Part shown: positions 54,571-64,000 of the stretch, in pieces
How the letters are laid out: every line of letters begins with the position of its first letter
How positions within the stretch are numbered: the first letter of the stretch is position 1
Assembly (NCBI GenBank): GCA_053919585.1
Contig: JBSSHM010000055.1
Length of the DNA: 64,000 nt
Origin: Euprymna scolopes
Taxonomy: Eukaryota
Strand: one strand, 5' to 3'
Notes under the pieces: generated by a model
What the model saw: the letters and a program-made list of their open reading frames with translations, nothing else
Told to the model about the DNA's origin: nothing
Databases searched by the model: none
Translations under genes and position numbers: made by a program

Positions 54571-55059
54571 TGAATAGTAAGATTATGTATTGATATCGTT
54601 TTTGTATTTTTCTGTTGAATAGTGAATCGTCAGATTATGTATTGATATCGTTTTAGTATTATTCCGTTGAATAGTGAATAGTCAGATTATGTATTAATAT
54701 CGTTTTTGTATTATTCCGTTAAATAGTTAATAGTCAGATTATGTATTGATATCGTTTTTGTATTATTCCGTTGAATAGTGAATAGTCCGATTATGCGTTG
54801 ATATCGTTTGTGTATTATTCCGTTGAATAGTGAATAGTCAGATTATGTATTGATATCGTTTTTGTATTATTCCGTGAATAGTGAATAGTCAGATTATGTA
54901 TTGATATCGTTTTTGTATTATTCCTTTGAATAGTGAATAGTCAGATTATGTATTGATATCGTTTTTGTATTATTCTGTTGAATAGTGAATAGTCAGATTA
55001 TTTATTGATATCGTTTTTGTATTATTCTGTTGAATAGTGAATAGTCAGATTATGTATTG

Positions 55060-58000
55060 ATATCGTTTTTGTATTATTCCGTTGAATAGTGAATAGTCAG
55101 ATTATGTATTGATATCGTTTTTTTATTTTTCCTTTGAATAGTGAATAGTCCGATTATGTATTGATATCATTGTTGTATTATTCTGTTGAATAGTGAATAG
55201 TCAGATTATGTATTGATATCGTTTTTGTATTATTCCGTTGAATAGTGAATAGTCAGATTATGTATTGATATCGTTTGTTTATTATTCCATTGAATAGTGA
55301 ATAGTCAGATTATGTACTGATATCGTTTTTGTATTATTCTGTTGAATAGTGAATAGTCAGATTATGTATTGATATCGTTTTTGTATTATTCCGTTGAATA
55401 GTGAATAGTCAGATAATGTATTGATATCGTTTTTTTGATTATTCCTTTGAATAGTGAATAGTCCGATTATGTATTGATATCGTTTTTTTTATTATTCCGT
55501 TGACTAGTGAATAGTCAGATTATGTATTGATATCGTTTTTTTATTATTCTGTTGAATAGTGAATAGTCAGATTATGTATTGATATCGTTTATGAATTATT
55601 CTGTTGAATAGTGAATAGTCAGATTATGTATTGATATCGTTTTTGTATTATTCTGTTGAATAGAGAATAGCAGGATTATGTATTAATATCGTTTTTGTAT
55701 TATTCTGTTGAATAGTGAATATTCAGATTATGTATTGATATCGTTTTTTTATTATTCTGTTGAATAGTGAATAGTCAGATTATGTATTGATATCGTTTTT
55801 GTATTATTCCGTTGAATAGTGAATAGTCAGATTATGTATTGATATCGTTTTTGTATTATTCCGTTGAATAGTGAATAGTCAGATTATGTATTGATATCGT
55901 TTTTGTATTATTCTGTTGAATAGTGAATAGTCAGATTATTTATTGATATCTTTTTTGTATTATTCTGTTGAATAGTGAATAGTCAGATTATGTATTGATA
56001 TCGTTTTTGTATTTTTCTGTTGAATAGTAAATAGTCAGATTATGTATTGATATTGTTTTTGTATTATTCTGTTGAATAGTGAATAGTCAGATTATGTATT
56101 GATATCGTTTTTGTATTATTCTGTTGAATAGTGAATAGTCAGATTATGTATTGATATCGTTTTTGTATTATTCTGTTGAATAGTGAATAGTCAGATTATG
56201 TATTGATATCGTTTTTGTATTATTCTGTTGAATAGTGAATAGCAAGATTATGTATTAATATCGTTTTTGTATTATTCTGTTGAATAGTAAATAGTCAGAT
56301 TATGTATTGATATCATTTTTGTATTATTCCGTTGAATAGTGAATAGTCAGAAATGTGTGTCGATATCGTTCTTGTATTATTCTGTTGAATAGTGAATATT
56401 CAGATTATGTATTGATATCGTTTGGGTATAATTCTGTTGAATAGTAAATAGTCAGATTATGTATTGATATCGTTTTTTTATTATTCCTTTGAATAGTGAA
56501 TAGCAAGATTATGTATTGATATCGTTTTTGTATTATTCTGTTGAATAGTGAATAGTCAGATTATGTATTGATATCATTGTTGTATTATTCTGTTGAATAG
56601 TGAATAGCAAGATTATTCATTGATATCGTTTTTGTATTATTCTGTTGAATAGTGAATAATCAGATTATGTATTGATATCGTTTTTGTATTATTCTGTTGA
56701 ATAGTGAATAGTCAGATTATGTATTGATATCGTTTTTGTATTATTCTGTTGAATAGTGAATAGTCAGATTATGTATTGATATCGTTTTTATATTATTCTG
56801 TGGAATAGTGTATGGTAAGATTATGTATTGATATCGTTTTTGTATTATTGCGTTGAATAGTGAATCGTCAGATTATGTATTGATATCGTTTGTGTATTAT
56901 TCCGTTGAATAGTGAATAGTAAGATTATGTATTGATATCGTTTTTGTATTTTTCTGTTGAATAGTGAATCGTCAGATTATGTATTGATATCGTTTTAGTA
57001 TTATTCCGTTGAATAGTGAATAGTCAGATTATGTATTAATATCGTTTTTGTATTATTCCGTTAAATAGTTAATAGTCAGATTATGTATTGATATCGTTTT
57101 TGTATTATTCCGTTGAATAGTGAATAGTAAGATTATGCGTTGATATCGTTTGTGTATTATTCCGTTGAATAGTGAATAGTCAGATTATGTATTGATATCG
57201 TTTTTGTATTATTCCGTGAATAGTGAATAGTCAGATTATGTATTGATATCGTTTTTGTATTATTCCTTTGAATAGTCAATAGTCAGATTATGTATTGATA
57301 TCGTTTTTGTATTATTCTGTTGAATAGTGAATAGTCAGATTATTTATTGATATCGTTTTTGTATTATTCTGTTGAATAGTGAATAGTCAGATTATGTATT
57401 GATATCGTTTTTGTATTATTCCGTTGAATAGTGAATAGTCAGATTATGTATTGATATCGTTTTTTTATTATTCTGTTGAATAGTAAATAGTCCGATTATG
57501 TATTGATATCATTGTTGTATTATTCTGTTGAATAGTGAATAGTCAGATTATGTATTGATATCGTTTTTTTTATTTTTCCTTTGAATAGTGAATAGTCAGA
57601 TTATGTATTGATATCGTTTTTGTATTATTCTGTTCAATAGTGAATAGTCAGATTATGTATTGATATCGTTTTAGTATTATTCCGTTGAATAGTGAATAGT
57701 CAGATTATGTATTGATATCGTTTTTGTATTATTCCGTTGAATAGTGAATAGTCAGATTATGTATTGATATCGTTTTTTTAATTTTTCCTTTGAATAGTGA
57801 ATAGTCCGATTATGTATTGATATCATTGTTGTATTATTCTGTTGAATAGTGAATAGTCAGATTATGTATTGATATCGTTTTTGTATTATTCCGTTGAATA
57901 GTGAATAGTCAGATTATGTATTGATATCGTTTGTTTATTATTCCATTGAATAGTGAATAGTCAGATTATGTACTGATATCGTTTTTGTATTATTCTGTTG

Positions 58001-61000
58001 AATAGTGAATAGTCAGATTATGTATTGATATCGTTTTTGTATTATTCTGTTGAATAGTGAATAGTCAGATTATGTATTGATATCGTTTTTGTATTATTCT
58101 GTTGAATAGTGAATAGTCAGATAATGTATTGATATCGTTTTTTTGATTATTCCTTTGAATAGTGAATAGTCCGATTATGTATTGATATCGTTTTTTTGAT
58201 TATTCCGTTGAATAGTGAATAGTCAGATTATGTATTGATATCGTTTTTTTATTATTCCTTTGAATAGTGAATAGTCAGATTATGTATTGATATCGTTTTT
58301 GTATTATTCTGTTGAATAGTGAATAGTCAGATTATGTATTGATATCGTTTTTGTATTATTCTGTTGAATAGTGAATAGTCAGATTATGTATTGATATCGT
58401 TTTTGTATTATTCCGTTGAATAGTGAATAGTCAGATTATGTATTGATATCGTTTTTGTATTATTCTGTTGAATAGTGAATAGTCAGATTATGTATTGATA
58501 TCGTTTTTTTATTATTCTGTTGAATAGTGAATAGTCAGATTATGTATTGATATCATTTTTGTATTATTCTGTTGAATAGTGAATAGTCAGATTATGTATT
58601 GATATCGTTTTTGTATTATTCCGTTGAATAGTGAATAGTCAGATTATGTATTGATATCGTTTTTTTATTATTCCGTTGAATATTGAATAGTCAGATTATG
58701 TATTGATATCGTTTTTGTATTATTCTGTTGAATAGTGAATAGTCAGATTATGTATTAATATCGTTTTTGTATTATTCTGTTGAATAGTGAATAGTAAGAT
58801 TATGTATTGGTATCGTTTTTGTATTATTCCGTTGAATTGTGAATAGTCCGATCATGTATTGATATCGTTTTTGTATTATTATGTTGAATAGTGAATAGTC
58901 AGATTATGTATTGATATCGTTTTTGTATTATTCCGTTGATTAGTGAATAGTCAGATTATGTATTGATATCATGTTTGTATTATTCTGTTGAATAGTGAAT
59001 AGTCAGATTATGTATTGATATCGTTATTGTATTATTCCGTTGAATAGTGAATAATCAGATTATGTATTGATATCGTTTTTGTATTATTCCGTTGAATAGT
59101 GAATAGTCCGATTATGTATTGATATCATTGTTGTATTATTCTGTTGAAGAGTGAATAGTCAGATTATGTATTGATATCGTTTTTTTATTATTCCGTTGAA
59201 AAGTGAATAGTCAGAATATGTATTGATATCGGTTTTGTATTATTCTGTTCAATAGTGAATAGTCAGATTATGTATTGATATCGTTTTTGTATTATTCCGT
59301 TGAATAGTGAATAGTCAGATTATGTATTGATATCGTTTTTGTATTATTCCGTTGAATAGTGAATAGTCAGATTATGTATTGATATCGTTTTTTTTATTTT
59401 TCCTTTGAATAGTGAATAGTCCGATTATGTATTGATATCATTGTTGTATTATTCTGTTGAATAGTGAATAGTCAGATTATGTATTGATATCGTTTTTGTA
59501 TTATTCCGTTGAATAGTGAATAGTCAGATTATGTATTGATATCGTTTGTTTATTATTCCATTGAATAGTGAATAGTCAGATTATGTACTGATATCGTTTT
59601 TGTATTATTCTGTTGAATAGTGAATAGTCAGATTATGTATTGATATCGTTTTTGTATTATTCCGTTGAATAGTGAATAGTCAGATAATGTATTGATATCG
59701 TTTTTTTGATTATTCCTTTGAATAGTGAATAGTCCGATTATGTATTGATATCGTTTTTTTTATTATTCCGTTGAATAGTGAATAGTCAGATTATGTATTG
59801 ATATCGTTTTTTTATTATTCTGTTGAATAGTGAATAGTCAGATTATGTATTGATATCGTTTATGAATTATTCTGTTGAATAGTGAATAGTCAGATTATGT
59901 ATTGATATCGTTTTTGTATTATTCTGTTGAATAGAGAATAGCAGGATTATGTATTAATATCGTTTTTGTATTATTCTGTTGAATAGTGAATATTCAGATT
60001 ATGTATTGATATCGTTTTTTTATTATTCTGTTGAATAGTGAATAGTCAGATTATGTATTGATATCGTTTTTGTATTATTCCGTTGAATAGTGAATAGTCA
60101 GATTATGTATTGATATCGTTTTTGTATTATTCCGTTGAATAGTGAATAGTCAGATTATGTATTGATATCGTTTTTGTATTATTCTGTTGAATAGTGAATA
60201 GTCAGATTATTTATTGATATCTTTTTTGTATTATTCTGTTGAATAGTGAATAGTCAGATTATGTATTGATATCGTTTTTGTATTTTTCTGTTGAATAGTA
60301 AATAGTCAGATTATGTATTGATATTGTTTTTGTATTATTCTGTTGAATAGTGAATAGTCAGATTATGTATTGATATCGTTTTTGTATTATTCTGTTGAAT
60401 AGTGAATAGTCAGATTATGTATTGATATCGTTTTTGTATTATTCTGTTGAATAGTGAATAGTCAGATTATGTATTGATATCGTTTTTGTATTATGCTGTT
60501 GAATAGTGAATAGCAAGATTATGTATTAATATCGTTTTTGTATTATTCTGTTGAATAGTAAATAGTCAGATTATGTATTGATATCATTTTTGTATTATTC
60601 TGTTGAATAGTGAATAGTCAGAAATGTGTGTCGATATCGTTCTTGTATTATTCTGTTGAATAGTGAATATTCAGATTATGTATTGATATCGTTTGGGTAT
60701 AATTCTGTTGAATAGTAAATAGTCAGATTATGTATTGATATCGTTTTTTTATTATTCCTTTGAATAGTGAATAGCAAGATTATGTATTGATATCGTTTTT
60801 GTATTATTCTGTTGAATAGTGAATAGTCAGATTATGTATTGATATCATTGTTGTATTATTCTGTTGAATAGTGAATAGCAAGATTATTCATTGATATCGT
60901 TTTTGTATTATTCTGTTGAATAGTGAATAATCAGATTATGTATTGATATCGTTTTTGTATTATTCTGTTGAACAGTGAATAGTCAGATTATGTATTGATA

Positions 61001-63340
61001 TCGTTTTTGTATTATTCTGTTGAATAGTGAATAGTCAGATTATGTATTGATATCGTTTTTATATTATTCTGTTGAATAGTGTATGGTAAGATTATGTATT
61101 GATATCGTTTTTGTATTATTGCGTTGAATAGTGAATCGTCAGATTATGTATTGATATCGTTTGTGTATTATTCCGTTGAATAGTGAATAGTAAGATTATG
61201 TATTGATATCGTTTTTGTATTTTTCTGTTGAATAGTGAATCGTCAGATTATGTATTGATATCGTTTTAGTATTATTCCGTTGAATAGTGAATAGTCAGAT
61301 TATGTATTAATATCGTTTTTGTATTATTCCGTTAAATAGTTAATAGTCAGATTATGTATTGATATCGTTTTTGTATTATTCCGTTGAATAGTGAATAGTA
61401 AGATTATGCGTTGATATCGTTTGTGTATTATTCCGTTGAATAGTGAATAGTCAGATTATGTATTGATATCGTTTTTGTATTATTCCGTGAATAGTGAATA
61501 GTCAGATTATGTATTGATATCGTTTTTGTATTATTCCTTTGAATAGTGAATAGTCAGATTATGTATTGATATCGTTTTTGTATTATTCTGTTGAATAGTG
61601 AATAGTCAGATTATTTATTGATATCGTTTTTGTATTATTCTGTTGAATAGTGAATAGTCAGATTATGTATTGATATCGTTTTTGTATTATTCCGTTGAAT
61701 AGTGAATAGTCAGATTATGTATTGATATCGTTTTTTTAATTTTTCCTTTGAATAGTGAATAGTCCGATTATGTATTGATATCATTGTTGTATTATTCTGT
61801 TGAATAGTGAATAGTCAGATTATGTATTGATATCGTTTTTGTATTATTCCGTTGAATAGTGAATAGTCAGATTATGTATTGATATCGTTTGTTTATTATT
61901 CCATTGAATAGTGAATAGTCAGATTATGTACTGATATCGTTTTTGTATTATTCTGTTGAATAGTGAATAGTCAGATTATGTATTGATATCGTTTTTGTAT
62001 TATTCTGTTGAATAGTGAATAGTCAGATTATGTATTGATATCGTTTTTGTATTATTCTGTTGAATAGTGAATAGTCAGATAATGTATTGATATCGTTTTT
62101 TTGATTATTCCTTTGAATAGTGAATAGTCCGATTATGTATTGATATCGTTTTTTTTATTATTCCGTTGAATAGTGAATAGTCAGATTATGTATTGATATC
62201 GTTTTTTTATTATTCTGTTGAATAGTGAATAGTCAGATTATGTATTGATATCGTTTATGAATTATTCTGTTGAATAGTGAATAGTCAGATTATGTATTGA
62301 TATCGTTTTTGTATTATTCCGTTGAATAGTGAATAGTCAGATTATGTATTGATATCGTTTTTGTATTATTCCGTTGAATAGTGAATAGTCAGATTATGTA
62401 TTGATATCGTTTTTGTATTATTCTGTTGAATAGTGAATAGTCAGATTATGTATTGATATCGTTTTTGTATTATTCTGTTGAATAGTGAATAGTCAGATTA
62501 TGTATTGATATCGTTTTTGTATTATTCCGTTGAATAGTGAATAGTCAGATTATGTATTGATATCGTTTTTGTATTATTCTGTTGAATAGTGAATAGTCAG
62601 ATTATGTATTGATATCGTTTTTGTATTATTCTGTTGAATAGTGAATAGTCAGATTATGTATTGATATCGTTTTTGTATTATTCTGTTGAATAGTGAATAG
62701 TCAGATTATGTATTGATATCGTTTTTGTATTATTCCGTTGAATAGTGAATAGTCAGATTATGTATTGATATCGTTTTTTTATTATTCCGTTGAATAGTGA
62801 ATAGTCAGATTATGTATTGATATCGTTTTTGTATTATTCTGTTGAATAGTGAATAGTCAGATTATGTATTAATATCGTTTTTGTATTATTCTGTTGAATA
62901 GTGAATAGTAAGATTATGTATTGATATCGTTTTTGTATTATTCCGTTGAATTGTGAATAGTCCGATCATGTATTGATATCGTTTTTGTATTATTATGTTG
63001 AATAGTGAATAGTCAGATTATGTATTGATATCGTTTTTGTATTATTCCGTTGATTAGTGAATAGTCAGATTATGTATTGATATCATTGTTGTATTATTCT
63101 GTTGAATAGTGAATAGTCAGATTATGTATTGATATCGTTATTGTATTATTCCGTTGAATAGTGAATAATCAGATTATGTATTGATATCGTTTTTGTATTA
63201 TTCCGTTGAATAGTGAATAGTCCGATTATGTATTGATATCATTGTTGTATTATTCTGTTGAAGAGTGAATAGTCAGATTATGTATTGATATCGTTTTTTT
63301 ATTATTCCGTTGAATAGTGAATAGTCAGAATATGTATTGA
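55060..63340 (+). repeat. Tandem segment duplication of about 76-82 monomers (about 4.0-4.3 kb period)
   Basis: TTATTCCATTG 55287/59558 (4,271) and 57943/61901 (3,958); AAATGTGTGTCGATATCGTTCTTG 56351/60622 (4,271); TCCGATCATG 58847/62961 (4,114). Confidence 0.9.
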
Positions 63341-64000
63341 TATCGTTTTTTTATTTTTCTGTTGAATAGTGAAAAGTCAGATTATGTATTGATATCGTTT
63401 TTGTATTATTCCGTTGAATAGTGAATAGTCAGATTATGTATTGATATCGTTTTTGTATTATTCTGTTGAATAGTGAATAGTCAGATTATGTATTGATATC
63501 GTTTTTGTATTATTCCGTTGAATAGTGAATAGTCTGATTATGTATTGATATCGTTTTTGTATTATTCCTTTGAATAGTGAATAGTCCGATTATGTATTGA
63601 TATCGTTTTTGTATTATTCCGTTGAATAGTGAATAGTCAGATTATGTATTGATATCGTTTTTGTATTATTCTGTTGAATAGTGAATAGTCAGATTTTGTA
63701 TTGATATCGTTTTTGTATTATTCCGTTGAATAGTGAATAGTCAGATTATGTATTGATATCATTGTTGTATTATTCTGTTGAATAGTGAATAGCAAGATTA
63801 TTCATTGATATCGTTTTTGTATTATTCTGTTGAATAGTGAATAATCAGATTATGTATTGATATCGTTTTTGTATTATTCTGTTGAATAGTGAATAGTCAG
63901 ATTATGTATTTATATCGTTTTTGTATTATTCTGTTGAATAGTGAATAGTCAGATTATGTATTGATATCGTTTTTATATTATTCTGTTGAATAGTGAATGG

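Larger units (their letters stand above)
1..64000 (+). repeat. 52-bp AT-rich tandem satellite DNA array (about 1,230 monomers, single orientation, extends beyond both window ends)
   Basis: The monomer AGATTATGTATTGATATCGTTTTTGTATTATTCTGTTGAATAGTGAATAGTC recurs every 52 bp (monomer starts at 1, 781 = 1+15x52, 1041, 1821, and later 63951). Most copies differ from consensus by only a few bases. I saw no non-satellite sequence and no reverse-complement copy. Confidence 0.99.

Noticed and set aside
1-64000. CRISPR array (regular repeat with an internal hairpin)
   Set aside because: There are no unique spacers: monomers abut directly. There is no leader and no cas gene.
1-64000. Repetitive protein-coding gene on either strand
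   Set aside because: The plus-strand monomer contains TGA and TAG, and the minus strand contains TAA twice plus a junction TGA. Since 52 mod 3 = 1, every frame meets a stop within three monomers.
1-64000. Pure sequencing or assembly artefact (concatemer, rolling-circle read)
   Set aside because: Variants form ordered, nested haplotypes that recur at exact multiples of 52 bp with graded divergence, which random error would not produce. Individual copy numbers still need read support.
1-64000. Inversions, transposon insertions or embedded unique islands
   Set aside because: I looked for the reverse-complement monomer (GACTATTCACTATTCAAC) and for non-satellite sequence by eye and saw none. A very short insert could have been missed.
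1-64000. Assignment to a named satellite family or organism
   Set aside because: I do not recognise the monomer with confidence, so a database search is required.

Overview
The whole 64 kb window is one uninterrupted, head-to-tail satellite DNA array of a 52-bp AT-rich monomer (consensus AGATTATGTATTGATATCGTTTTTGTATTATTC[T/C]GTTGAATAGTGAATAGTC; 14 A, 25 T, 10 G, 3 C = 25% GC), about 1,230 copies, all in one orientation and running off both window edges. I find no genes, RNA genes, transposon insertions, CRISPR spacers or unique sequence. Because 52 is not a multiple of 3 and both strands carry stop codons, no long ORF is possible. It looks like eukaryotic centromeric, pericentromeric or subtelomeric satellite, but I cannot name the family or organism. 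The informative structure lies in the monomer variants. They show (i) nested higher-order repeats and tandem segment duplications of 2, about 10, 11, 12, about 36/72, 63, 65, about 77 and about 82 monomers; (ii) a sharp change of variant repertoire near 39.3 kb; (iii) many length-neutral adjacent-base swaps and compensated micro-indels; and (iv) a small hairpin in each monomer whose loop holds the most common polymorphism. I did not find a novel gene-based system. The findings concern satellite architecture and mutation process, and all offsets were measured by hand from marker variants.
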